Source of the DNA: an uncultured Acidimicrobiales bacterium
Lineage (GTDB): Bacteria; Actinomycetota; Acidimicrobiia; Acidimicrobiales; CATQHL01
Reading direction: 5' to 3'
DNA length: 64,000 nucleotides
Assembly (NCBI GenBank): GCA_964618115.1
Contig: CAZTZI010000033.1
Span: 12,944 to 76,943, forward strand
In this document: piece by piece, positions 1 to 7,894 of the stretch
Numbering within the stretch: the first letter of the stretch is position 1
How the letters are laid out: every line of letters starts with the position of its first letter
Position numbers and translations under genes: made by a program
Notes under the pieces: model-generated
Seen by the model: the letters and a program-made list of their open reading frames with translations, nothing else
Databases searched by the model: none
What the model was told of the DNA's origin: nothing

Positions 1-352
1 CAACGTGACCATGGTCAACGACAGCCGGCGCACCAACATGGCGCTGATCGATCCGTTGCCCGCGGGCTTCGAGCCTCTCAACCCGGCGCTGGCGGTGACC
101 GGCGACGTCGACGTCCGCGACGACAGCGGTTGGTGGCAGTGGACCTGGTACCGGCACCAGAACCTGCGCGACGACCGCGCCGAGGCCTTCGCCTCGTATC
201 TCTGGGCGGGAACCCACGAATACAGCTACGTCGCCCGCGCCACCACTCCGGGCGCCTTCGTCGTCCCCCCGGCCAGAGCCGAGGAAATCTACGCCCCGGA
301 AGTCTTCGGCCGCTCCGCCACCGACAGAGTCATCGTGGCCGACAGCCGCTGA
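1..352 (+). CDS. alpha-2-macroglobulin family protein, C-terminal end (5' part outside window)
   Basis: The frame is open from the window edge to the TGA at 350-352. The tail NMALIDPLPAGFEPLNPALAV...YRHQNLRDDRAEAF...EYSYVARATTPGAFVVPPARAEEIYAPEVFGRS matches my recollection of the C-terminal domain of bacterial A2M (YfhM-like) proteins. GC3 is high. Confidence 0.7.
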   Translation, partial: NVTMVNDSRRTNMALIDPLPAGFEPLNPALAVTGDVDVRDDSGWWQWTWYRHQNLRDDRAEAFASYLWAGTHEYSYVARATTPGAFVVPPARAEEIYAPEVFGRSATDRVIVADSR

Positions 353-419
353 GCACCCCCGCAGGGCCCGCGGCCCCGGCGGCACTGCCCTTGCACGCCC
401 CTTTACAGTAGCTGTCGCG

Positions 420-575
420 GTGAAATCTCTCTGACCTGCTATTTCACCCCTACTCTAAACCGACTGTAACGTTACTCTAAATAAGTTAGAGCAGAGATCC
501 GAACGTGCGGTGATCCCACTGCCGCGCGCCAGCCGTTTCGTCGCTGACCCCGTCGGTACTGCAATCTACTCTAAA
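420..575. promoter_or_regulatory. AT-rich upstream region with TACTCTAAA motif copies and inverted repeats (candidate operator cluster)
   Basis: TACTCTAAA occurs at 451-459, 473-481 and 567-575. A degenerate inverted copy TTAGAGCA lies at 486-493. GTGAAAT (420-426) and ATTTCAC (441-447) form an inverted repeat with a 14-nt spacer. Local GC is clearly below the window norm. Confidence 0.5.
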
Positions 576-580
576 CTGTT

Positions 581-595
581 TATAGTAATTTCATG
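581..595 (+). promoter_or_regulatory. candidate -10 box TATAGT with leaderless ATG
   Basis: TATAGT at 581-586 lies 6 nt before the ATG at 593 and there is no Shine-Dalgarno sequence. This geometry is typical of actinobacterial leaderless transcripts. The -35 is weak (CTGCAA-like). Confidence 0.4.
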
Positions 596-2011
596 TCGAC
601 GGTTGCGGTGGAGCAGGCTCTGGCTCAGAACCCCGCCCATCGCGGGGACGCGCTCCTCGGTCTTGCCGAGGATCAGTGGTTCGATCGCAAGAGTGCCCGA
701 GTAGGAGCGCGGGAACTGGCGGACACCTTGATCGGGTTTGCCAACTCGGAGGGCGGCACGGTGGTCGTCGGGCTGTGGAACGGCGTCGTGGAGGGGATCG
801 CCGCGGCGGGACCGGCCAAGCTGTCCCGATGGCAGCAGGCGGTGATCGATTTCACCGCACCGCCCGTGCCGCACAGGATTCGCCTCGTGGACTGTCGCAA
901 CTCGCGGGGTGCCCCCGACCGGTTGCTCGTCTTCGAGGTGGAAGTCTCCCGGCAGGTCCATGCGAACAGGCGGGACGAGGTGTTCCTGCGCGTCGGCGAC
1001 GAGAACCGGCGGCTCACGTTCTCGCAGCGCCAGGAACTGCTCTACGACAAGGGGCAGGCATCCTACGAGACCACACCGGTGGCCGGTGCCACTCTCGAAG
1101 ATCTGGATCGCCCCCTGCTCGGTTCCTATGCCGAGGCCGTCAACCATCCCGAGCCGGTGCGGCTGCTCGACGCCCGTGGCCTTCTGACCTCTGCCGGGGG
1201 TGTCACCGTGGCGGCCATGCTGCTTTTCGGGATCCATCCGCAGCGCCAGCTACCCGAGGCGTGCGTCCGCGTGCTCCGCTACCGGGGCACTGAACGCGGC
1301 ACCGGGGCCCGGCAGCAACTCCTTTCCGACGTCCGCATCGAGGGTGCGATCCCGTATCTCCTCGAAGAGGCTCGCCAGGCGATCGCCGGTCTCCTGCCCG
1401 CCCGGCGTGCCCTGGCGGGCAACGGGCGCTTCGAACGGATACCGCTCGTTCCCACCGATGCCTGGATCGAGGGTGTCGTGAACGCAGTGATCCACCGTTC
1501 CTACAGCGTGAGCGGCGACCACATCAGGGTCGAGATCTTCGACGACCGCATCGAGATCGAGAGTCCCGGACGTTTCCCGGGCGTCGTGGACGTGTCGGAC
1601 CCGCTGCATGTCTCCCGGTTCGCGCGCAATCCGAGGATCGCCAGGGTCTGTGCCGATCTCCGCTTCGGGCAGGAACTCGGTGAGGGAATCCGGCGGATCT
1701 TCGAGGAGATGAGACTCGCCGGCCTGGCCGACCCCGCATACGCCCAGACGGCCGGCAGCGTGCGCCTGACCCTGTCGTCCGCCGTCGTCGACAGAACTCT
1801 CGAGGCGCGTCTGCCGCGGGGCGCCCGGAACGTTCTCCGCCTGATCCGCGAGGCCGGCCGCCTCAGCACGGGTGAGGTCGCCGAGGCCACCGGCGGATCG
1901 CGCCCGGCCGTGCTGCGACAGCTGCGGGCGCTCGAGCAGGAAGGGCTCATCGAGTGGGTGGGCAAGTCGAAGAAGGACCCGCGGGCGTACTGGAAGCTTC
2001 GAGTGGACTGA
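593..2011 (+). CDS. AlbA_2 (Schlafen-like) / HATPase_c_4 ATP-binding protein with C-terminal winged-helix DNA-binding domain
   Basis: 472-aa ORF. The N-terminus QWFDRKSARV...LADTLIGFANSEGGTVVVGL resembles the AlbA_2 divergent-AAA motif. The middle AVIHRSYSVSGDHIRVEIFDDRIEIESPGRFPG resembles the HATPase_c_4 motif. The C-terminus LSTGEVAEATGGSRPAVLRQLRALEQEGLIEWVG looks like a MarR/ArsR-type wHTH. Confidence 0.8.
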   Translation: MSTVAVEQALAQNPAHRGDALLGLAEDQWFDRKSARVGARELADTLIGFANSEGGTVVVGLWNGVVEGIAAAGPAKLSRWQQAVIDFTAPPVPHRIRLVDCRNSRGAPDRLLVFEVEVSRQVHANRRDEVFLRVGDENRRLTFSQRQELLYDKGQASYETTPVAGATLEDLDRPLLGSYAEAVNHPEPVRLLDARGLLTSAGGVTVAAMLLFGIHPQRQLPEACVRVLRYRGTERGTGARQQLLSDVRIEGAIPYLLEEARQAIAGLLPARRALAGNGRFERIPLVPTDAWIEGVVNAVIHRSYSVSGDHIRVEIFDDRIEIESPGRFPGVVDVSDPLHVSRFARNPRIARVCADLRFGQELGEGIRRIFEEMRLAGLADPAYAQTAGSVRLTLSSAVVDRTLEARLPRGARNVLRLIREAGRLSTGEVAEATGGSRPAVLRQLRALEQEGLIEWVGKSKKDPRAYWKLRVD

Positions 2012-2090
2012 GAGTCAGAGCGGCGATCGAGTCAGACGGCTGATTCGCGTCGCCGTGAACAGGGACTTCGGCCCGCCCCGGGGTCTACTT

Positions 2091-2121
2091 GGAACTACTC
2101 TAAAATCTTTAGAGTAGTTCC
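2091..2121. repeat. perfect palindrome GGAACTACTCTAAA-ATC-TTTAGAGTAGTTCC carrying the TACTCTAAA motif in both orientations
   Basis: Read directly: 14-nt arms with a 3-nt centre, 80 nt after the stop of the AlbA_2 gene. It is AT-rich and has no T-tract, so it looks more like a protein-binding site than an intrinsic terminator. Confidence 0.75.
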
Positions 2122-2214
2122 GCCGCCGCGAGGACGGAGCGCCCCCATCTGCGTGGCCGGCCCGACGAAGCAGTCTCCGGCGATGCCTCTGAGCTGCTGA
2201 GGCGGGCCGCGGGG

Positions 2215-3549
2215 TCAGCCGGGATTGACGTGCAGGCCGTCGTAGTAGACGTGCTGGCGCTCGAAGCGCTGCTGGATGCGGTCGGGCATGGGGGTGAGAT
2301 CGACCCGGCGGCCGGCCTGCATCACCGTCGTGAGCAACTTGCGCCGGCCGAGCACGGAGATGTCCCTCGACGGGTCGCCGTCGACCACGATGACGTCGGC
2401 GAGCTTGCCGGGTTCCAGGCTGCCGATCTCGTGCTCCCAGCGGGGGAGTGTGACCGCCGCCTGCTGCGTTCCCGCCGAGATCGCCTCGAGAGGCGTGAAA
2501 CCGCAGTGCGTGACCAGGATCTCCATCTCCTTGTGGTGCCAGTGCCCGTAGGGGGTCAGTGAGAACCCGGACTCGGAGCCCGCGATGATGGGAGCACCCG
2601 CGTCGTAGGCCTTCCGGATGTTCGCGGCGCCCTCGTCGATCTCCCGCTTCAGCCCGTCACGCGAGGCGGCCGACATCTCGGCGCCGACCGCGTCGAGGGC
2701 GTTGACCAGCAGCGGCAGCGTCGGGCAGATCGGGATCTTCTTCTCGGCCACCAGCTCCAGGCCTTCGTCGTCCATGAACGAGGCGTGCATGATCCAGTCG
2801 AAGCCGGCCTTGGCGGCAAAGGTGACCGACTCCGCCGAGCGGGCGTGGATCGTGCACTTCCGGCCCAGGCGGTGCACCTCGTCGGCGAGCAGCTCGAGCT
2901 CGTCGAGGCGGAACGAGCAGCCGACCAGCGGGTTGTAGTAGCTGGTCGCATCGCCGGAGCCGGCGACCTTCACGAAATCCACGGTGTCCTTGATCTGCAG
3001 GCGAACGGTCTCGAGGATCTCGTCCTTGTTCCGCACCAGGATGCTGGCGTTGCCGACCGGGTTCTGGATCCAGTTCGGGAAGGCGTCGCCCAGCCCTTGG
3101 TGCGTGGTGATCTCCGGGCCGGCCACACAGAAGCGCGGCCCCTCCACGAGTCCCGCGTCGACGGCGTCGCGCACGGCGATCGGCACGCGGTACACCGCCG
3201 CGGGATCAGAAGCGCTCGTGACGCCGGCGCGCAGCACCTTCCCGGCGTTGTAGCCGGCGAGGATGGCCCGCCACTCCGCCGAGCCGTACATCGCCAACTC
3301 CTCCTCGCTGCGCGGCTCGCCGTAGGAGATGTGGCAGTGCGCATCCACGATGCCCGGCAGGACCGAGCCGCTGCCGGCATCGATGATCTCTGCCACATCG
3401 TTCTTGGCCCACTGCTCGGGGAGATCTGTCCTCGGTCCGACCCAGGCGATGCGGTCACCCAATACCGCCACCGCGCCGTCCTCGATGGGCGGAGCGCCGG
3501 TGCCGTCGATCACCCGCCCGTAGAAGACGTACTCGTCCGATCCGCTCAT
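2215..3549 (-). CDS. amidohydrolase family protein (metal-dependent, imidazolonepropionase/prolidase-like), paralog A
   Basis: I place the start at the ATG at 3549 (MSGSDEYVFYGRVIDGTGAPP...) rather than at the ORF-track start at 3837. This ATG overlaps the upstream gene's stop in ATGA. The motif PGIVDAHCHISYGE is the HxH metal site. The protein is clearly homologous to 5287-6642. Confidence 0.85.
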   Translation of the reverse strand: MSGSDEYVFYGRVIDGTGAPPIEDGAVAVLGDRIAWVGPRTDLPEQWAKNDVAEIIDAGSGSVLPGIVDAHCHISYGEPRSEEELAMYGSAEWRAILAGYNAGKVLRAGVTSASDPAAVYRVPIAVRDAVDAGLVEGPRFCVAGPEITTHQGLGDAFPNWIQNPVGNASILVRNKDEILETVRLQIKDTVDFVKVAGSGDATSYYNPLVGCSFRLDELELLADEVHRLGRKCTIHARSAESVTFAAKAGFDWIMHASFMDDEGLELVAEKKIPICPTLPLLVNALDAVGAEMSAASRDGLKREIDEGAANIRKAYDAGAPIIAGSESGFSLTPYGHWHHKEMEILVTHCGFTPLEAISAGTQQAAVTLPRWEHEIGSLEPGKLADVIVVDGDPSRDISVLGRRKLLTTVMQAGRRVDLTPMPDRIQQRFERQHVYYDGLHVNPG

Positions 3550-4718
3550 CGCGATCCCCCAAGATGCTCTGTTCCCGTCGGGATGTGCGCACTGGTCTTG
3601 CCGAGGTTCACATAGACCCACTTCCGGCTGCCCATCCACGCTACGAACGGCGATCGTACCCGCTCGAACCCGGGCGGGCAGGTTGTCGACAGCAGTCCCC
3701 AGAAGGCCGACCAGCGCTGGGTGTGCTCCACCAGCGGTCGCTCGCGTGCCTCCCATTCCGCCAGGCCGCGATCGAGGTCGTTGCGGTGGCGGTCGGCGAA
3801 CACCGCCAGGGACAGCATGTTGGACATCGCCAGGCACGCTCCCTGGCCGAGGTTCGGCGGCTGCGAGTGGGCGGCATCCCCGCCGATCGCCACTCGCCCC
3901 TTGTGCCAGGACTTGAGTCGCACCATGGAGAACGAATCCCAGCGTGCCTCGGTCTCGGGCGTCACCCGCCGGAACCAGGACTCGAGCCGGGGGAACGACG
4001 AGATCCAGGTGTCGTGATCGATCGGAACCCGGCGGGCCTTGGTGTCGTCGTTGCGGGCGCAGACCGCGAAGTACACCCAGTCATCGTGGCAGGGCGTGTA
4101 CAGCACCCGCCGGGTCCTCGACCAGTGCTCGATGCAGCGCTGGGTCTCCGGTTCGCGCCGCTCAGCCTCTGTCCGGGGGATCAGCATCCGGGTGGCGCCG
4201 TCGCGCAGGATCCGCTTCTGGCGCCCCAGGCCGACCGAATCGCGGATCTGCGAGTGAAGGCCGTCGGCGCCGACGACGAGGTCGGCCTTGACGCTGCTGC
4301 CGTCCTCGAAGCTGAGTTCGCCGGCCGGCGTGGCCGCGATCGCTCTGGCGCCGGTCACGATCTCTGCGCCGAGGTCGGTGGCTCGCTGTGCCAGCGCGCT
4401 GTGCAGCAGCGGTCGCAGCATGGTCGTCAGCCGATCCCCGGGCTCGTGGGAGTACTTGAAGCTCTCGACCGTCCGCGCCCACTCGTCCCGCACGTCGAAC
4501 CGGTGGACCGGGTGCGAGGCGGGCATCAACTCTTCATAGACACCCAGCGCCTCCAGCGTCAGGAGGCCGTTCTCCCACACGTAGAGCCCGGCGCCCAGCT
4601 CCCGCAGGGTGGGGGCCTGCTCCCAGACCCGAGTCCTCCAACCCCGCTCTGCGAAGGCGATGGCGCAGGACAGTCCCGCCAGGCCGCCCCCGGCGATCTC
4701 GACGGACGGTTCGGCCAT
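3546..4718 (-). CDS. FAD-dependent monooxygenase, MHPCO-like (2-methyl-3-hydroxypyridine-5-carboxylate oxygenase-like), paralog 1
   Basis: The N-terminus VEIAGGGLAGLSCAIAFAERGW is a GxGxxG FAD fold. GAGLYVWENGL, VGADGLHSQIRD, RVLYTPCHDD, VPIDHDTWISSFPRLE and GDAAHSQPPNLGQGACLAM line up with my memory of Mesorhizobium loti MHPCO. This needs an alignment to confirm. Confidence 0.8.
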   Translation of the reverse strand: MAEPSVEIAGGGLAGLSCAIAFAERGWRTRVWEQAPTLRELGAGLYVWENGLLTLEALGVYEELMPASHPVHRFDVRDEWARTVESFKYSHEPGDRLTTMLRPLLHSALAQRATDLGAEIVTGARAIAATPAGELSFEDGSSVKADLVVGADGLHSQIRDSVGLGRQKRILRDGATRMLIPRTEAERREPETQRCIEHWSRTRRVLYTPCHDDWVYFAVCARNDDTKARRVPIDHDTWISSFPRLESWFRRVTPETEARWDSFSMVRLKSWHKGRVAIGGDAAHSQPPNLGQGACLAMSNMLSLAVFADRHRNDLDRGLAEWEARERPLVEHTQRWSAFWGLLSTTCPPGFERVRSPFVAWMGSRKWVYVNLGKTSAHIPTGTEHLGGSR

Positions 4719-4847
4719 CAGGAGGCGCGCTCGACGAATCGCCGCTGGATCTCGTTGAACGAAGCCGCCTGCTCGAGCGAGGCCATGTGGCCGGCCCTGG
4801 GCGGCTCCACGAACTCCGCGCCGGGCCGGGCGTGGCTCGTCCTGGCG
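4718..4847 (-). pseudogene. relic of an alpha/beta-hydrolase gene (C-terminal ~40 codons only)
   Basis: Manual translation of the minus frame ending at TGA 4720-4718 gives ...TSHARPGAEFVEPPRAGHMASLEQAASFNEIQRRFVERAS*. This is a typical alpha/beta-hydrolase C-terminus including the catalytic His (GH). The stop overlaps the monooxygenase ATG in ATGA. Upstream, the frame runs straight into the RidA gene, which ends at 4848, so the N-terminal ~230 codons are missing. Confidence 0.55.
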
Positions 4848-5258
4848 TCAGTCACTCTGGGGGATGATCGCCACGCCGTCGACCTCAACCGTGAGCCCTT
4901 CGAGGGCCAGCGCGGTCACCCCGAGAAGGGTCGAAGCCGGGTACGGCGCCTGGAAGTACTCCCGCCGGATCGCCAGGACCCGCTCGCGGTCGCGCAGGTC
5001 GGTGAGGTAGATCCGGATCTGCACGATGTCGTCGAGCGTCGCGCCCACCGTGGCGAGGGTCGCGGCGATGCCGTCCAGCGTGTAGCGGGTCTGTGCCTCG
5101 GGGTCGCCCGGGCTGACCACCGATCCGTCCGGCGCCAGCGCGGTGTGCCCGGCGATGTAGACGGTGTCGCCGACGACGCGGGCGAACGAGTACAGGCCGA
5201 CGGTCAGCTGGCCCTCGGGTGAGGCGACGACTCCGTCGACGCATTCGAGTTCGGTCAT
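4848..5258 (-). CDS. RidA/YjgF/L-PSP family enamine-imine deaminase
   Basis: 136 aa. GDTVYIAGHTALAPDG...QTRYTLDGIAATLATVGATLDDIVQIRIYL...PASTLLGVTALALEGLTVEVDGVA is the standard RidA pattern. The RBS GGGAGAAG precedes the ATG. Confidence 0.85.
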   Translation of the reverse strand: MTELECVDGVVASPEGQLTVGLYSFARVVGDTVYIAGHTALAPDGSVVSPGDPEAQTRYTLDGIAATLATVGATLDDIVQIRIYLTDLRDRERVLAIRREYFQAPYPASTLLGVTALALEGLTVEVDGVAIIPQSD

Positions 5259-5286
5259 CTGCTTCTCCCTCGACTTCTCGCTCGTC

Positions 5287-6642
5287 TCACAGGTCCGTCA
5301 CGAAGCCCTGCTTGAGGGACTCGTCGTAGCGGAAGCGCCCCTGGAGGTAGATCTTGTTCTTCTCCCAGGAGTACTCCCTGCGCTCGGGGATCGGCGTGTC
5401 CCGGTCCACGGATGAGCCGCCCTTGAGGACCATGGCGATCTTGGACGGCGACTGCAGCACGCGGATGTCGGCCAGCGGATCGGCGTCCAGCACCAGCACA
5501 TCGGCCAGCTTGCCGGGCTCCAGCGTGCCGATGCGGTCCGCCCACTGCGGCACGGTCACGGCCGCCGCGCCGGTGCCGGCGTGGATGGCCTCCAGGGGCG
5601 ACAGGCCGAGGTACCTCACCAGGATCTCCATCTCGAAGGCGTGCCACTCGCCGAAGGGCACCAGCGACCAGCCGGTCTCGGACCCCGAGATGATGGTCGC
5701 CCCCTGCCTGAAGGCGTTGCCCAGGTTCTCGCTGGCGGCGTCGACCTCCCGCTTGAAGACGTCCAGCGAGCTGGCGCCGGCATCGCCCACCGACGCCAGC
5801 AGGTTCACCAGCAGCGTGAGCGCGGGCACGATCGGGATGTCCTTCTCGAGGACCAGGTCGAGGCCCTCGGAGTCCATGTACGAGGCGTGCTGGAGCCAGT
5901 CGAAGCCGGCCGCGGCGCAGGCCCGGACCGACTGCGAGGTGCGGGCGTGCACGGTGCACTTGCGCCCCAGCCGGTGGGTCTCGGTGGCCATCAGCGTGAA
6001 CTCCTCCTCGGTGAAGGCCATGCCCTCCACCGGCCCGGAGGTCACCGCCGAGTCGTTCGACCCGGAGACCTTGATGACGTCGACGCCGTCCTTGACCTGC
6101 AGGCGGATCTCCTCGACGATCTCGTCAGGGCTCTTGACGAGCACCCCGGCCTGGCCGGGGGGGAACTCCATCCAGCTGGGGAAGGCGTCCTCCAGGCCTT
6201 GGCGGCTGGTGATCTGCCGGCCGGCGGCCGCCATGCGGGGACCCTCGACGATCCCCGCCTCGATGGCGTCGCGCAGGCAGGCCGAGATGTTGAACGTCGT
6301 GGCGGGGTCCGAGAGGCTCGTGACGCCGGCGCGCAGCACCTTGCGCACGTTCCAGGCGGCGAGCATCGAGCGGTACTCCACCGGCGTGTAGAGCGCCAGC
6401 TCCTCCTCCGACCGGGCCTCCCCGAAGGAGGTGTGGACGTGGGCGTCGACGATGCCGGGCATGATCGTGCGGTCGTGGGCGGTCACGTGCTCGAGTTCCA
6501 TCGCCGCGTACTTCTCGGGCACGGCGGCTGTCTCGCCGACCCAGTCGATGGTGTCGCCGACGACGATCACCGTCCCCTCGGTGATGGGGGCCGCGCCGGT
6601 CCCGTCGATGACCTGGCCGTCCAGTCGGTATCCGTTGCTCAT
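5287..6642 (-). CDS. amidohydrolase family protein, paralog B
   Basis: 451 aa. It contains PGIVDAHVHTSFGE. About half of the positions match paralog A by eye over the first 180 aa, and the two genes share an identical 27-nt DNA stretch (6316-6342 and 3214-3240). Confidence 0.85.
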   Translation of the reverse strand: MSNGYRLDGQVIDGTGAAPITEGTVIVVGDTIDWVGETAAVPEKYAAMELEHVTAHDRTIMPGIVDAHVHTSFGEARSEEELALYTPVEYRSMLAAWNVRKVLRAGVTSLSDPATTFNISACLRDAIEAGIVEGPRMAAAGRQITSRQGLEDAFPSWMEFPPGQAGVLVKSPDEIVEEIRLQVKDGVDVIKVSGSNDSAVTSGPVEGMAFTEEEFTLMATETHRLGRKCTVHARTSQSVRACAAAGFDWLQHASYMDSEGLDLVLEKDIPIVPALTLLVNLLASVGDAGASSLDVFKREVDAASENLGNAFRQGATIISGSETGWSLVPFGEWHAFEMEILVRYLGLSPLEAIHAGTGAAAVTVPQWADRIGTLEPGKLADVLVLDADPLADIRVLQSPSKIAMVLKGGSSVDRDTPIPERREYSWEKNKIYLQGRFRYDESLKQGFVTDL

Positions 6643-7043
6643 GGCTGCGCTCCTTCGGGGATGCCGGCGACCGCTTCAATCTCGACGAGCATGTCCGGAA
6701 CGGCGAGAGCGCTGACCTCGAACAGCGTGCTGGCCGGCTTGGCGTCACCGAAGAACTCCTTGCGGACGGGGTTGACGGCCGCCCGGTCGCCGATGTCGGT
6801 CAGGAAGACCGTGACCTTCAACACGTCGCCCATGTCTGCGCCGACCTCGTGCAGGGCGTCGCGGATGTTCTGCAGCACGACCCGTGTCTGGGTGACCACG
6901 TCGCCCTTGCCGACGATGTTCCCATCGCTGTCGAAGGCAGCGGCCCCCGAGATGAACAGCAGGTCTCCGAAACGGACCGCGTCGGTGTAGTGGCTGATCG
7001 GCTCGGCCGCTCCCTCGACTCTGATCTCCTGTCTTGTCGCCAC
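6639..7043 (-). CDS. RidA/YjgF/L-PSP family deaminase
   Basis: 134 aa with a GTG start at 7043 preceded by AAAGGAG. The sequence PISHYTDAVRFGDLLFISGAAAFD...QTRVVLQNIRDALHEVGADMGDVLKVTVFL...PASTLFEVSALAVPDMLVEIEAVA fits RidA. It overlaps the next gene by 4 nt. Confidence 0.85.
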   Translation of the reverse strand: MATRQEIRVEGAAEPISHYTDAVRFGDLLFISGAAAFDSDGNIVGKGDVVTQTRVVLQNIRDALHEVGADMGDVLKVTVFLTDIGDRAAVNPVRKEFFGDAKPASTLFEVSALAVPDMLVEIEAVAGIPEGAQP

Positions 7044-7045
7044 GG

Positions 7046-7891
7046 CTAGCTCCTTTGTTCAGCGGACTCGGCTTGTTCGGCGGCTTCGACGTCGCGCAGG
7101 AACTCGTCGATCGCCTCGTTGAGTTCGGCACCCCGCTCGACCCACATGAAGTGTCCCGCCTTGGGAATCACCCGGCGTCGCGCTCCCGGGATCGCCTGTG
7201 CGACCGTCTCGTTGTAGCGGGGCAGCGTGATGAGGTCCTCCTCGCCGTAGACCACGAGCGTGGGGCAGGTGATCCCTCCGAGGCGGTCGGTGGTGTCGTG
7301 GGCCATGTCGGCCTCGAAGTGCCCGATGTAGGCGTGCAGGGGCTGGGCGCCGGAGTTGGCCGCGAAGCACTCCTCGACCTGTGCCTGGACGTCGGGCTCG
7401 AGGTCGATGACGGTGTGTCCGGACATCCAGAAGGCGAACGCCCGGAAGACCTCGATGGGCGCTTCGGAGCGGAGCGTGAGCAGCCGGGCCTCGAACCAGC
7501 GGCGGATGTGATGCTCCCGGGCGGTCGAGGACCAGGTGGATATCAGCGTCGCCGAGCGGACCAACTGGGGCCATCCCAGCGCCAGCTCCTGGATGATCGC
7601 CGAGCCCAGGCTGACGCCCGCGAAGTGGGCCGGCGGCAGGTCGAGATGCTCCACGAGCCCGACGACGTCCTCGGCGAAGGTGCCCACCGAGTAGCCGGTC
7701 TCGGGCGAGTCGCTCCTGCCGGCGCCGCGCAGATCGAAGGTCACGCACCGGTAGCGCTGCTCGAAGTGCGGGGTCTGCCAGACGTCCCAGACGCCGCCCC
7801 CGATGCCCGTGCCGGCGACCCAGACGAGCGGATCCCCCTGCCCCCGCTCGGTGTAGTGCAGCCTGATCCCGTTGACATTCACGTACGGCAT
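7046..7891 (-). CDS. alpha/beta hydrolase (RutD / meta-cleavage-product hydrolase-like)
   Basis: 281 aa. It has the nucleophile elbow GVSLGS and a C-terminal AGHFMWVERGAELNEAIDEFL carrying the catalytic His. Confidence 0.85.
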   Translation of the reverse strand: MPYVNVNGIRLHYTERGQGDPLVWVAGTGIGGGVWDVWQTPHFEQRYRCVTFDLRGAGRSDSPETGYSVGTFAEDVVGLVEHLDLPPAHFAGVSLGSAIIQELALGWPQLVRSATLISTWSSTAREHHIRRWFEARLLTLRSEAPIEVFRAFAFWMSGHTVIDLEPDVQAQVEECFAANSGAQPLHAYIGHFEADMAHDTTDRLGGITCPTLVVYGEEDLITLPRYNETVAQAIPGARRRVIPKAGHFMWVERGAELNEAIDEFLRDVEAAEQAESAEQRS

Positions 7892-7894
7892 GGT

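Noticed and set aside
482-490. The 9-mer TAAGTTAGA is shared between the AlbA_2 upstream region (482-490) and the ROK promoter spacer (22150-22158).
   Set aside because: Both are short AT-rich promoter segments and the flanks do not align. A single 9-mer match is too weak to claim a common operator without genome-wide statistics.
4784-4786. Internal ATG in the hydrolase relic that could define a functional 22-aa micro-ORF.
   Set aside because: There is no RBS or promoter evidence. I mention it only as a possibility within the relic finding and do not call it as a gene.
3564-5222. 552-aa plus-strand ORF overlapping the monooxygenase and RidA genes. Many similar long ORFs are antisense to called genes: 7034-8680, 8632-9843, 10392-11963, 11895-13766, 13226-14902, 16218-17717, 18374-19828, 19440-21173, 25948-28320, 31445-33256, 33272-34747, 36171-37805, 47832-49610, 49625-51748, 59185-61494 and 60354-62630.
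   Set aside because: These are shadow ORFs, as expected in ~70% GC DNA where stop codons are rare on the antisense strand. Their translations are Arg/Gly/Pro/Ala/His-rich with no recognisable motifs, whereas the opposite-strand ORFs have clear family signatures and GC3-rich codon usage.
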